From Nemertoderma westbladi (Eukaryota > Animalia > Xenacoelomorpha), in NCBI GenBank assembly GCA_032718475.1, contig JAUCBJ010003754.1, forward strand, positions 1 to 33,114: DNA of 33,114 bases. Reading direction: 5' to 3'. Shown in pieces: positions 11,745-24,271 of the stretch (the stretch's first letter is position 1; every line of letters begins with the position of its first letter). The position numbers were made by a program, and so were the translations under genes. The notes under the pieces were generated by a model that searched no databases, was not told the DNA's origin, and saw nothing but the letters and a program-made list of their open reading frames with translations.

Positions 11745-12010
11745 AGTCCATCTTATCCTTATCGGCCACATCTGTGGCTGCCATTTCTTCGCCATTCAGT
11801 GCTTCCTCGCCATTCGGCACTTCCTTGCCGTTCGGCACTTCCTCACCGTTCGGCGCTCCCGCGACGTTGCCAGGTGCCGCGCTGTTTGTCTGTCCCGGGC
11901 CGTGACGAGGTGCCGCGCTGTATGTCGCTCTCTCGACACGTCTGTAAGCTCTCCCACCGCGTCCTCGTCGACGGCCCTGTCCGCGGCCCCGTCCACCCCC
12001 GAACTCTCTT
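11745..12010 (-). other. GC-rich coding-like fragment: an RGG-rich stretch followed by an 18-bp (PNGEEV-like) repeat and a stop
   Basis: A minus frame missing from the ORF track reads GGRGRGQGRRRGRGGR...APNGEEVPNGKEVPNGEEALNGEE...KMD*. Confidence 0.35.
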
Positions 12011-12455
12011 CTCGGTGGCTCCTCAGCTGCGTGCCTCAGTCCTTAGTTGCTTCAGCAAAGTGATTTTGGGTTATCGCTACCCGGCAATGACTGATATTTA
12101 TTGCGCTTTATTTGTCAGCCATAATAATAATCCACTGTATACTTGTTTTAACACTCTTTTAATTTTGTTTTAACACTCTTTTAATTTTATATAAAGTTAG
12201 TTAATTTTTTTAGAAAATACTTTAATTAATATCTATAATTACTTCAAAAGCCTACTTATTACTAAAAAATGTTTGCTTTAACGATTTCATAGTGTTTTTT
12301 TTGTTTTTATTTGATTTAATTTTTTTTATTTGATTTTTATTTTTATTTGATTTAATTTTTGTTTTGATTATTGTTGTTTTTGGTTTTAATAAACTTAACT
12401 TCTTAATAACTTCAATAATAATCCACCAATTATATACAGTAATAGATAAGAAATT

Positions 12456-12659
12456 ATGAGCTGGCCAGGACCAGCAACAACCTCATTCCTGAAAGAGGTC
12501 GGCAGGAAGATTCGACAAGCAACACAGGAACCCCGGTCTCATCGATTCCTGCTGCAAAGACTCCTGATAGCCATCCTAATCGGCAACTCGGCCTCGATCC
12601 TAGGAACTGTAGACTCCACTAACAATAGCGGCCTCTTCGACATACTTGAAGAACATTAA
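12456..12659 (+). mobile_element. 3' end of a CRE/R2-group (restriction-like endonuclease) non-LTR retrotransposon
   Basis: GP....FL..VG..I...T.E......L.QR..IAI..GNSASILGT is the characteristic C-terminal motif of this group. Confidence 0.75.
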
Positions 12660-13209
12660 TAATTATTAAACACAAATACAAAACATTTAATTTAATTTGA
12701 TTATAATATAATTTAATAAAAATGAAACTTTATGACGTACAATATAACTACATAATTTATACCACATATTAAGGATAGGTGTAGAGAACATCCACCATTG
12801 GAAATCCTCCAACATATTCCCCTCCCGACTCGAATCCCGAAATGGAAGTAGATATGTTCAACGTTGATGAGGTCAATGACGAGGACATTGTAGCTACATT
12901 TGAACAAAAGTGAGTGGTTGGCCCTACATTATTCGCAATTAGATATTCTGGAATGTTTTGGATTAAAATTAATTGTTTTGGCATAACCTATATTGTTAAC
13001 ATTGTTCATGCAATATTTTTTTACTAGCTATTGATATAATGTACATAATCTACATAAATTTAAATTTAAAACAAAAGATATTGAAAATTAAATCTAAAAT
13101 AACCTGTTACTTCGAGTCTGATAGCGATAGTGAATTTTATTTATCATTTTTGAATAGGTTTAATTATTGTTTTCAACTATAATACATATGCCTAAATTTA
13201 AACTGCCTT

Positions 13210-13279
13210 GGTCCATGTGGCGATTGAACCTACGACCTCCGTGAGATGTGAATTCAATGCAACCACTAACTACACCATA
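13210..13279 (-). mobile_element. Degenerate tRNA-derived (SINE-head-like) sequence
   Basis: The minus strand reads TGGTGTAGTTAGTGGTT...TTCACAT...GGTCGTAGGTTCAATC, giving A-box-like and B-box-like motifs at tRNA spacing. Confidence 0.45.
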
Positions 13280-13679
13280 GTGGAGTGGGACTATGCAACC
13301 ACACATCATGGTGGGACTATGCAAGAACTACACCATGGTGCATGGTGGGACTATGCAAGACCATGGTGCATGGTGGGACTATGCAAGAACTACACCATGG
13401 TGCATGGTGGGACTATGCAAGAACTACACCATGGTGGGACTATGTAAGAACTACACCATGGTGGGACTATGCAACCACTACACCTTGGTGGGACTATGCA
13501 AGAACTACACCATGGTGGGACTATGCAAGAACTACACCGTGGGACTATGCAAATACTGTACTACACGACTACACCATGGTGGGACTATGCAAATACTACA
13601 CGTCTACACCATGGTGGGACTATTATGCAAGAACTACACCATGGTGGGACTATAGAAGAACTACACCATGGTGGGACTA
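13268..13679 (+). repeat. ~27-bp variable minisatellite (AACTACACCATGGTGGGACTATGCAAG)
   Basis: Roughly 14 visible units with indel variants. Confidence 0.92.
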
Positions 13680-13699
13680 GTCCAGTTGACTTCCGCACA

Positions 13700-14200
13700 G
13701 TTGTCCTTCTGTTTATCCTAATTTATGTTTAGTTTAGTCTAGTTATTCTATGTTTACTTTTTATATTTTCATGACTAGGATTCGAACCCTGGTTTAACTT
13801 ATTTTGTGTTGGTTTTATAATGGTCGCGAGTAGGGATTGAACCTGTGACCTTCTGTTTATTTTCCATAAAACGGGATACGAGTAGGGGTCGAACCTGTGA
13901 CCATCTGTTTATCCTATTTTATGTTTAGTTTAGGTACTCTAGTTATTCTATGTTTAACTTATTTTGTGTTGGTTTTATATTGGTCGCGAGTAGGGATTGA
14001 ACCCGTGACCATCTGTTTATCCTATTTTGTGTTTACTTTTTATATTTTCCATAAAACGGGATACGAGAAGGGGTCGAACATGTGACCTTCTGTTTATCCT
14101 ATTTTATGTTTAGTTTAGTTATTCTATGTTTACTTTTTATATTTTCCATAAAACGGATACGAGTAGGGGTCGAACCTGTGATTACTGGTTTAACTTATTT
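13700..14200 (+). repeat. Mosaic tandem repeat built around a reverse-complement B-box-like motif (GGG[AG]T[TC]GAACC[TC]GTGACC)
   Basis: About six copies of the motif between ~13778 and ~14180, with shuffled AT-rich modules. Confidence 0.75.
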
Positions 14201-14228
14201 ACTTATTTAACTTATTTTAACTTATTGT

Positions 14229-15702
14229 GACTATCGCTAAGCAGCCTACTAAGTGCTGCTCCGATTCGCCTCAGATTATAGAAATATTATTTTATCTCTT
14301 GATTGATATAATTATATATATATATAGATTTTGTAGGTACTGCAGTAGCAGAAACAGTACTGTGGCATTCCACATTTAATTTAAAGTACCACAAGACCAC
14401 GGTGGGTGGTTGGGTGCTTTCCAGTGCACAATTCCACTGCTTCCAAACCACATAACCAATACTGGTGGCCTAACAGCCTAAGTATTGGCCTACTATGTAC
14501 TGAACTGATATAGCATAGAAGCTACAGGTAGACAGGCCTATGTTTACAAAGTACTTATGCTTACACCTAAAATCAAAGCAATTAATTAATATAAATACGG
14601 GTTACAGTATGCTACATTTGTACCTGCCTTACTGCCTTAGGCTTAAAAACAAATATGAATAAAAGTGGTCTGATCGTGCGATTGATCTACATTCAGACAT
14701 CATTAGCTCAATAGGCCCTATAAAATAACGCAATACTGCAATCTCCAAACCCCAGAACATGTAATAATGTACAGAATATTGCTGTTGGTTTGCTTATAGG
14801 CAGTGCAGGCATAAAGGTGTAACCAAATGATAGCCAAGAGTTTAGCCAATCAATGAAGGCTGCTGGAAAAGCTATCTGCTGGTGAGTCGTTAGAGTCAGA
14901 GTGGAATTATTTGGTGTAACCATAGAAATTCATAGGCCATTCATGATGGTAGAGAAGTTAACTAATATTGGTTAGATGTAATACACCAGGTTCTATAGGA
15001 AGATGTATAGAACACATTAGTTTGGTAGGACAGCTGAGTTTGTGAGAGAGAGATGGGGGTGGTGGAGTGGTGGGCTGTGGGAGTAGTTATTCACTGATTG
15101 TCAAAGGATTCGCTGGTCCACTAGGATACAGTGCTTTAGATCCACAATAATTTTTTTGTCCGTTGAATTTACTCATTATGTCCGCTGATGTTATCTTTTT
15201 ATGTCTGCGGGAATTGCTACCGGTAATGCCGCTCTCTTAGGCTATTTGTATGGAGAAGTATATTGTAGGTATAAAGCCTTACAATTATACTGTATTATAC
15301 TACAATATATTTGGATTAGAGGAATGGTGGTTCTGTGTTAATCAACAATTTATTAATGTATCATAAGTTGTAATGATTTGATTTTAAGGGATGTATTTTT
15401 ATTAAAATTATTATGAAGAATTAGAAAAATTGTAATTAATGAGGATGAATTGCGCCCACCACCCCCCCCCCCCCCCCCCCCCCCCCCCCAACCTTCCTTA
15501 GGGCATTTAATGTTTTATAGACCCCACCATTACTAATAGTGTTATTGATATGAAAAAAGACAGTAAAAGTTATAGCCCAATTGCCCATTTTCATATTTTT
15601 CATATTGTACTGTATTTGTAACCAAGTAACATTAAGGACCCCCTTGGAAATAAGCTGCAAAGCTTTATGGGTAATCCTATATGTTGTGTTGGACATTACC
15701 TA
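14229..15702 (-). repeat. Right arm of the large inverted repeat (partner at 7132-8838)
   Basis: Reverse-complement match, including the poly-G/poly-C tract, with scattered substitutions and small indels. Confidence 0.92.
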
Positions 15703-18539
15703 CAGTCGGGGTCTCAAAGTGCATCTGTTCTTTGAGATTTTCTCAAAGTTTTTCTAAAAGTGTCTAAAAGTCATTACATTACTCCCAATGGCCGCTTTGA
15801 ATTCTTGTAGACACTTTTAGTTGGGAATCTCAAAGTGATTTCCTGCTTTTAGGCACTTTGAATTCTTTGAATTCTTTGAGAAATGTCACTTTGAGGTAGT
15901 TTGTCGGCACTTTTAATTCTTTGAGAAAATAAACTCCGAGGCATTCCTGATTGACAGCTCGTGGTAAGTTAACTGAGAGGCAGAGGCATTCTCGGGGATC
16001 AATATTATGCGGGCAACAAAGTGATACTTGTGTGTTGGCCAGTTGTTGCATAGAAGCTATATTCCCATTAATTTATCAAATTGAGGTTCCTGAGGTCATT
16101 ACAGGATGGGTTTTCGGTCGCAAGTACAAATTGAATTTACGGCACCCTAAAGTCTTTCTAAAAAACATTCATTCAAATAATACATGAAACATAATTTGTG
16201 AAAAAAGATTAATGCTTGACAAGATTGATTATTTTAATAACATAATACAATATCAGATTAACAATTAATATAAGAGAAACTCCTCTGTAGTTTCTCTGTG
16301 TATGTATACGCAGTTTCATTATAATGACCTAAAGAAGCCCTGTTGGGAGAAAGCTTGTAATAACATTTGTTATTCATTTCATTAGTCACCTCAGGTCAAA
16401 CCGTACTACCTTTACTGTTTAATTAATATGATACCTATGTTGACGAGAGCGTGAGAATTCCTTCTTAAAAACTAAGAAAGACTTTCGACTTTCAAGTACG
16501 ATAGAACAGCTACACTCTTGTGTTGTTTTAGCTTTATAGAGATATTAAAATATCCCCTGCCGCTGGCGTTTATATTTGAGCATATTTTAAATGTTTGCCT
16601 CATATTCAATTGATGTGTACCGCCTTCTGGCAAAGCGGCACCCAGTTTAAACTATCAATCACAGCTAGTGAGTAGCGACCCACGTTCGGCGACCTTCAAA
16701 CAAACAGGTGCAGAGTCGGAAAGAACTGTCACATGCTTTGCTTGGCTTGTGGTACCATTTGATTACATAATAGATTTTGGCAGACTGGGCGGTCGCTCTG
16801 ACCATATGCATTGCGCACCAACAATGCCTAAAACATCTATGGGAACAGCCAATTAGTGCGCTTGAATCATTTATCTTTATTCCTGCCTCTATCGTTATTC
16901 TTTACTTTGTATAACACAATTTATAGTGCGGCAAAGTATGGCTGGTTGACCATTGAAATACATTGGTAAAGGTATTCGGTAACACTAAAGGTAACACTAC
17001 AGACTATTTGATTACACTGGCCTAATTTAAATGTGGCATGCCTTTTATACTGTATTACTATTTCATATTATTAGTTATCACCTGTCTAGCGCCATTTACC
17101 CAATGGAAATAGAGTTGCCAATGAAATGTTATTATTTAAAATGGGAGGTATGGTAGATAGAGGGAGGTAGATAGGGAGGTAATCCTACTGACAGCCTTCA
17201 AGCAATAACCACATTTACCAGTAGGCTACCACAAGAACTGTTAAGGTAATATTACAGCAAGTGTTTCAGTGTACAATGTAAATTGCTAGGTACAGTTGCT
17301 GAGACGAAATTCAATATGTAGTTACAAAGAAACAGTAGCCATAATTACCATATATGGTATTATTAGATTGGGTGACTAATCCTCACATGTACCCCGTAAC
17401 CACCCACGCTGATTTAACAACTGTCTCCACCATCAATATGGTTTACAATTTTCTATATAAACGGAACGCTGTTTAATATTAAATCATCACTTCACCCATT
17501 TATCTTCACCCACTACTTTGCTCTATTCAGTCTATATTATGCCAAGACCGGTCCAAGCTATTAGTACTGTCGATCATGTGAGATGTGGCAGGACGGAATC
17601 ATTGGGGGAAATGTTGTAGGTGCCATCTCCATATGTTAGGTGGTGGGGGGGGGGGGGAGTATTGTGGTTTTTGTGTCCGTTCGATGAAGTCAAAATTCGG
17701 AGGGCAGACCAAAGTTAGGAAGATAGCGAGGCCCAGGAAGGAACCAGTTCAAGGAGATGGAAATTTTTGTTGGCAAACTGTGAGTGGAATGGAATGTTAG
17801 GAAGGGTGTAGTAACTAAGGATCACCAGGAGCAAGTTCAGCCATGTTAGAGCTTGAGATCTAAGGATGGGGGGAACCAAAGGGAAGAGGATATGGAGATC
17901 TCAGTGTTAGAATTGGGTAGCAGGTCTGTGTCCAAAGCTATTGGTGTGTCAGGGTCTGGGCGTAGTATGTGTGTGAAGAACCGCTATAAGGATTGTAAGC
18001 ATTTTATGGGTAAGAGGTTTTTGTGTTGCAAGAAATGTGAAAAGCAGAATATTTCTCATAGTGACTTTATTGAATCAGGATCAGATATATCGATATATAA
18101 GATCAGTGTATTGGAATCGTTTCCAGATTTGCCGATTTCTAGCCAGTGTAGAGTTGAAGTGATGGATATACGGAATAAAGAGAAATGGGACAAGGTTGTT
18201 GTAAAATCAAGGGTTACATCAGATAGGGTGTCTGGAATATCTGAAGGTAATGGGAGCAGTACTGGAGGTACTGTAGTAAGAAACGTGACAGATGTGTTGT
18301 ATGTGGGAAATTTGCGGGTCAGGTCAGGTATTCTAGGTCATTGATCAAGAAAACTTACCACCTCCATGCAGCATAAAGGAGGTGCCACCTATAGCTGCAT
18401 AGACCCTCTTACTAGGACAAATAGAATGTTTGGCTTTGAAACGCATAGCCCAATGTGGAAATATACCAAACCTTAACCTCACTCATGAATTATCAAATAA
18501 CCACATTTCATTTAAGTACAGGATGCAATGGCTATCTGA

Positions 18540-19715
18540 CACGAATTTAAAAAGCCTGACGGATTTATAACCATGACGTGCAACACCAACTGGCCAGAAC
18601 TCCAACAGTCGCTTTTTGAAGGAGTGGTGCTGAAGATCGTCCTGACCTGGTCGCCCATGTCTTCAGAATGAAACTCAAACAACTCATTGATGAAATGTGG
18701 GATAAGAAAATATTAGGGAGGCTGAATGCCCGCATTCATATTGTTGAGTTTTAGAAACGTGGTCTACCCCATGCCCACATTCATGTTGTTGAGTTTCAGG
18801 AACGTGGTCTACCCCATGCCCACATTCTGAGTATCCTTCATCCAGAAGATCGATTTACGTGTTCCGATCACGATGATGCAGTGATTTCTGCTGAGTTGCG
18901 GCCTGATCCATTCATTCTGCCCCCTGGACCTCAATGCGAACAAGCTCAGATCCTTCTGGTCAAAGTTTTAAACTGCATGGTGCATTCATGTGGCCCTGCA
19001 TGCAAACAACCGAATGGCACCTGCAAGAAAGGATTCCCTAAGGCCTTATGTGAGGCCACCAAATGGGAAGATGACGCATTCTACCCCGGATAGCATCGGT
19101 ATCAAGGAAGGAGTGTTGAACACAAGGGGAAAACTGTTGACAACCACTGGGTTGTCCCATATTCGCCATACCTCCTTTTAAAGTTTGATTGTCATATCAA
19201 CTTTGAGATATGTATTTCCCCCGTACTGTCAAATACCTATTCATGTATATTCACAAAGGGGGCGATCAGCTCATGCTTGATGCCATGGATGTCAATGTGT
19301 TCACCAGCTACCAGAATATGCATTACATCAGCGCCCCGGAGGCTGCATGGCGCAAGGCTTCAAAATCACGCAGCAGATTCCCCCGTTCAGGCTCTCCGAA
19401 TTTATCTGGAGAATGATCACATGGTAATATTATGCCAGGAGGCTGATCTTCAAAATGTTATTTCAGAGAAGTCGCACAACACTGAATTAACAGCCTTCTT
19501 TAACTATAACGCCACCAATCCTGGGACTGATGTTTCCTACGTAGATTTTCCAAAAAAAATTTACGTTTAACCACTCTATGAAGAAGTGGCACAAACGTAA
19601 GCGCGGTTTCAAAGTCAGGCGTGTTCATACTGTCCATCCTTTGTCAGGTTATGAATTTTACCTGCGACTGTTACTCCATCAGAACCATTGCAAGGGGAAA
19701 ACCAGCTTTCAGGTC
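18540..19715 (+). pseudogene. Canonical Helitron Rep (HUH endonuclease) domain relic
   Basis: Motif 1 PDGFITMTCNTNWPE, then DRPDLVAHVF, motif 2 VEFQERGLPHAHIL, HSCG..C...C.KGFPK, motif 3 VKYLFMYIHKG, YISAPEAAWR and LTAFF..N. Multiple stops and frameshifts. Confidence 0.92.
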
Positions 19716-20015
19716 AACTGGGAAACATATCAAGGCATAGGAGTCTGTGTCATTTAAATATGCTATACATTGGAACTAAAAAGTAAGTGTTGCTTATTTC
19801 TTTTTAAAATTTACTTATTAGAATATTCATTACATTTTTGTACCATTATGTACGGTAGGTATCTACTATCTAGGCACTCTTTCGTTCTTTATCTGCAATT
19901 TTATAATTTTTATTTTTACATTTTTGTATTAAAATAATGTTGCTGGCAGGTAAATGACGAAAAACGTCAATAATAATTTGTTAAACGTTTTTAGTGGGTA
20001 AAATAAAAAAGTAAG

Positions 20016-20791
20016 TGGGAAGGTGGGTTTAGATACATGCAGTAATGTATATGGGTGGAGAGTGGGTTTATAGATAATGCAGTAATGTACAGTATATAGG
20101 TGGAGGGTGGGTTTAGATACATGCTGTAATGTATATGGGTGGAGGGTGGGTTTATAGATAATGCAGTAATGTACAGTATATAGGTGGAGGGTGGGTTTAG
20201 ATACATGGTGTAATGTATATGGGTGGAGGGTGGGTTTATAGATAATGCAGTAATGTACAGTATATAGGTGGAGGGTGGGTTTAGATACATGCTGTAATGT
20301 ATATGGGTGGAGGGTGGGTTTATAGATAATGCAGTAATGTACAGTATATAGGTGGAGGGTGGGTTTAGATATATGCTGTAATGTATATGGGTTGAGGGTG
20401 GGTTTATAGATAATGCAGTAATGTACAGTATATAGGTGGAGGGTGGGTTTAGATACATGCTGTAATGTATATGGGTGGAAGGTGGGTTTATAGATAATGC
20501 AGTAATGTACAGTATATAGGTGGAGGGTGGGTTTAGATACATGCTGTAATGTATATGGGTGGAGGGTGGGTTTATAGATAATGCAGTAATGTACAGTATA
20601 TAGGTGGAGGGTGGGTTTAGATATATGCTGTAATATATATGGGTTGAGGGTGGGTTTATAGATAATGCAGTAATGTACAGTATATAGGTGGAGGGTGGGT
20701 TTAGATACATGCTGTAATGTATATGGGTGGAGGGTGGGTTTATAGATAATGCAGTAATGTACAGTATATAGGTGGAGAGTGGGTTTAGATA
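20016..20791 (+). repeat. 84-bp minisatellite (dimer of related subunits), about 9 copies, G-rich on the + strand
   Basis: GGTGGAGGGTGGGTTTA occurs twice per 84-bp unit. ORF 19991..20710 shows a 28-aa periodicity. Confidence 0.95.
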
Positions 20792-20807
20792 GGTTTTGTC
20801 AGCACAG

Positions 20808-21540
20808 CTAACTCATGACCACCAGCGGATAAGTATGACGACCACCAATAAGATTACTATATCGATTACCCTGATCATCTAATCTAAGAGTTCCATCGTC
20901 ATTTCTTTGAATAAGGTTTATAGATTCAAAATCATCAAAGGCCTCATCGCTATACAATGTATACATATCTGTCTTCAGTGTGAAGCCATAGTCAAAACTT
21001 GCTTGGTGACGAGGCATTCGCCAAAACGTATTTCCAGTCTCATCAATACGCTTATGACACTGACTGCCAGCATGGTCACAGTGATTTTTGTGATTTTGCA
21101 GATGCCCAAGGCAGCATAGCTCAGACCATTGATCATCCTCAATCATTCCTTGCTGAACCAATTCAGGACAATCTGTCTCAAACATAGGAGATAGCAAGTC
21201 AATGGTTTCGCAGCATATTCTCCCTGTGGTTTCCTCTATAGACTCTGGGTGGAGGGTTATTCCACCATGGATATGTAGCATGTTTGCTACAGGGGATCCC
21301 TAGTCTTGAGCCTCCATTCGTGTCCATAAATACTTCACATCAACAAATGGTTTATCAATACCTTGTTCAATCCATTGGTGAAGGTGATCCATGAAACGAT
21401 TCCAACAGCATGTGAGAAAGGTTGCATATTTCTCTATTGCTAAAGCCAGCTTTCTGCCTTCCAGATGCTCATAGATGATAAAAACATAAAACCTAGACTT
21501 CCTGACAAAATGCACCAATATTGCAGACGTCCACGGATCT
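20808..21540 (-). pseudogene. Divergent Helitron-like HUH Rep relic, copy A
   Basis: CCWNRF...VKYLWTRMEAQD*GSPVANMLHIHGGITL (HUH motif), then LQNH..HC...G..C.K. Homologous by eye to 24272-25254. Confidence 0.6.
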
Positions 21541-21695
21541 CAGAATCAGATGGATGATCTCCTGATGTACCAACAAGGCAAATAGAAACTTTAGACGACT
21601 GGCTAGGAATTTAAATAGAATTAAATAAGACAAAATATATAAATCTAAATATAATAGAACTTCCTTCTAGAGGCAATAAAAAACAAAACGATTAA

Positions 21696-21951
21696 TCTAT
21701 ACCTATAAAAATCAAATTCTGTCTGTCTATCTCTCTCTGTGTTCGAACTCCTCCAAAACGGGCCGAGGGATTGCGCTGGGACTTGGCATGTGTGTATAAC
21801 TTTAACCAGCGGTCGTTATAGGCCACTTTTCGAAAAGTTTAATTCACGTTCGGTACCGGTACCGGTAGGCCTATACTGGTGCCGCTACGCCAGTAGGCCT
21901 ATACCGGTAGCGGGAAATACCAGGTAACCCGCCTCAGGTATTGCCTGCTAG
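21696..21951 (+). mobile_element. Short non-autonomous Helitron (~256 bp)
   Basis: 5' A|TCTATAC, an internal TCTG microsatellite, a subterminal GC-rich hairpin (GCGGG...CCCGC), 3' CTAG|T and no TSD. Confidence 0.7.
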
Positions 21952-22061
21952 TAAATTTATAAATATATCTCCAATAAACAACCCCATGGGCAAAACTGGT
22001 TCTCGAAGAGTTGCCAAGACTAAATTGAGAACGCTGCTATCGCGGGTGTGGAATGGGTCTT
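21862..22061 (+). repeat. 200-bp direct repeat, copy 1 (Helitron 3' end plus ~110 bp of flank)
   Basis: Near-identical to 23143-23342 (offset 1281). Confidence 0.93.
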
Positions 22062-22800
22062 AACCCCTTCAGTACGGGGACGAGCGGGTGCTCGTCATCA
22101 CTACCACCACGGTGACGAGCATGCACTCATCATAAGTTCAATGCATTTTAACCAGTCTTGACATTCACCCGGTGACAGAAACTTAGTAATTTAAACCTCC
22201 CGCGCACTATAGAAGCCTCCTATAACTTATATAGTGCGCCGGAGATTTAAAATACCAAGTTCAATAGGTTTTAAGTTGACTAATGGAATACTGGAATAGG
22301 TAGGATATACTGTAGCCTACACTGCATTCTATACAGTTCTATACTGATGGGTGACAGCAGTAGGCCTAAGCGAAAAACTAGACCTGTAAGTTACTACGGG
22401 TTTGAGACTGTTGATAGTGGTAGTGAAGATGGCCTCGAAGGAGATGATGAGGAAGGAAGTGTTGAAGGAGATGAATCGGATACTGGCGATGACGAGGAGA
22501 CAACAACTAGCGAGGAGACAGCAACTAGTGGTCCTAGTGAGTTTGTGTTTATTTCTCCTAATGCAGACAGTTATGCGAGTGATCACCCCTGTGTATTTAC
22601 CGGTAAACCTGGTTGGAAAGTTACGGGAATTTCTGACGGCGATGACTTTGGGCCTGTAGATTACGGTAAACTGTTTCTGACATATTGAGGAGTATAACCG
22701 GAACATGGGTGGAGTTGATCGTCAAGACCAATATATATCTGCAAACAACCCTGTTAGAAAGAGCCATATCTGGTTCAAGAAGGTAGGCTTCAATATATCA
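22060..22800 (+). mobile_element. Internally deleted piggyBac element: left end, acidic N-terminus and catalytic-end fragment
   Basis: TTAA at 22060-22063 followed by a CCC terminus. ORF 22347..22688 has an acidic N-terminus and FTGKPG...GPVDYGKLFLT, joined to YNRNMGGVDRQDQ...RKSHIWFKK at ~22690-22790. No right TIR was seen. Confidence 0.82.
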
Positions 22801-22894
22801 GATAAATTCACATAAATTCACATTTTCAGGTTTTCTAGGGCGCTGATTCTAATGGAATACATTTCTGAAATGCCCCATCATTGCTACTTGTATT

Positions 22895-23105
22895 TTTCGG
22901 CGGAATTTGGCAAATTTTGGTGCTAGCACCAAATTGCGTACCCATCACCAACAAGTACAAGTTTGCGATGTCCAGTGCTCTTTTTATTGATTCCATCGGA
23001 TTCAGGACCCTCATAAACCCGTATAACGCAATAAACAATATGATACTATCAACTGATCAATTTGCTTATTTTCCAAAATTTGGTGCTGGCACAACAATTT
23101 TCACC
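22895..23105 (+). repeat. Dispersed repeat (MITE-like) related in inverted orientation to 32563-32720
   Basis: Shares the palindrome TTTGGTGCTAGCACCAAA, AAAATTTGGTGCTGGCACAACAATTTT and CATCGGATTCAGG. Confidence 0.7.
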
Positions 23106-23142
23106 CACCGGCGAAAAATACAAGTTTGAAAACTCCGGTACG

Positions 23143-23342
23143 CCGGTAGGCCTATACTGGTGCCGCTACGCCAGTAGGCCTATACCGGTAGCGGGAAATA
23201 CCAGGTAACCCGCCTCAGGTATTGCCTGCTAGTAAATTTATAAATTTATCTCCAATAAACAACCCCACGGGCAAAACTGGTTCTCGAAGAGTTGCCAAGA
23301 CTAAATTGAGAACGCTGCTATCGCGGGTGTGGAATGGGTCTT
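23143..23342 (+). repeat. 200-bp direct repeat, copy 2
   Basis: Near-identical to 21862-22061. Confidence 0.93.
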
Positions 23343-24271
23343 TAGGTGGGTGCTCTGGGTCCACCTAATCGTTTGTTATTTACTGTTTTCCAATGAGAAT
23401 TTTATTCCAGTATCTAGTAGAAGAGTGTGCTAAATTTCGGGTCAAAATAATTTTATATAATTTCGAAGTCCAACTTTTGGATCTTGAGTGATATATATAT
23501 ATTATTGACCATTGGTTATATAAATAGAAGCTCACCACAAGAACTAACCGACAGTCAATAAAATACGCACCATTATTAATTGTAATATGATATTATAAAT
23601 ATTATGAAGAACTAATTAATGGTTAAATAATCGAGGTTACTGGGTAAATGAATTATACTCTAGTAATAAATTACACAAATAACTAGACATTAATGGAGAG
23701 TTAGTAGCGAATATAGAACATAATATTATTATACATATTATTCAATATAAATGATTATTAAAAATAAACGATAAAAAGCGATTATTCAAGGATTGTTAAG
23801 GCGTTATATATGGATTAAGGGACATCTTTGACATATGAATTTTTTACAATGAAACATTTTGTATAAATCTCTACAATGTCGAATGGCATTAGTTCTAGGG
23901 GACGCAGATTGAAAGAAGTAAAGATATCGGAACAGTATAAACTAGAAATATAGTCTCTAATAAATAGTATTTGAGAGTTAGTAAATTGTCTCGTGGGGGG
24001 TAGATGGGCCCTACATGAAACAGGCAGAAACGTACCATCAGAATCAGTAAATATTTGGTTTTGTTGGCTGGATAACGATGAACAATGCCTGACCTATTTT
24101 CCGGTGATACACTTTGTAGGTGGAGGAATGTAACTGTTGTAGTGAAATAATCAAATTTTAAAGAATAAAAAATAATTTCATTTGTACTAATGATTCTATT
24201 TGTGATATCTTTCTTGGTAATTTTTTCCGTTCACTTGCGATCTTTCCTTTCCCCTAAATTACCCAGCTACC

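Noticed and set aside
12713-12984. Possible upstream exon of the minus-strand paralog
   Set aside because: It is a coding-like island, but I found no convincing alignment to exons 1-2.
15701-15930. Tc1/mariner-like terminus (TA|CAGT) with short GAATTCTTTGA repeats
   Set aside because: No matching opposite TIR or transposase was seen in the window.
17585-18344. ORF 17853..18344 and its antisense frame
   Set aside because: It looks like decayed coding sequence, but I recognise no motif, and the minus frame has several stops.
19991-20710. 239-aa repetitive ORF
   Set aside because: It is a by-product of the 84-bp minisatellite.
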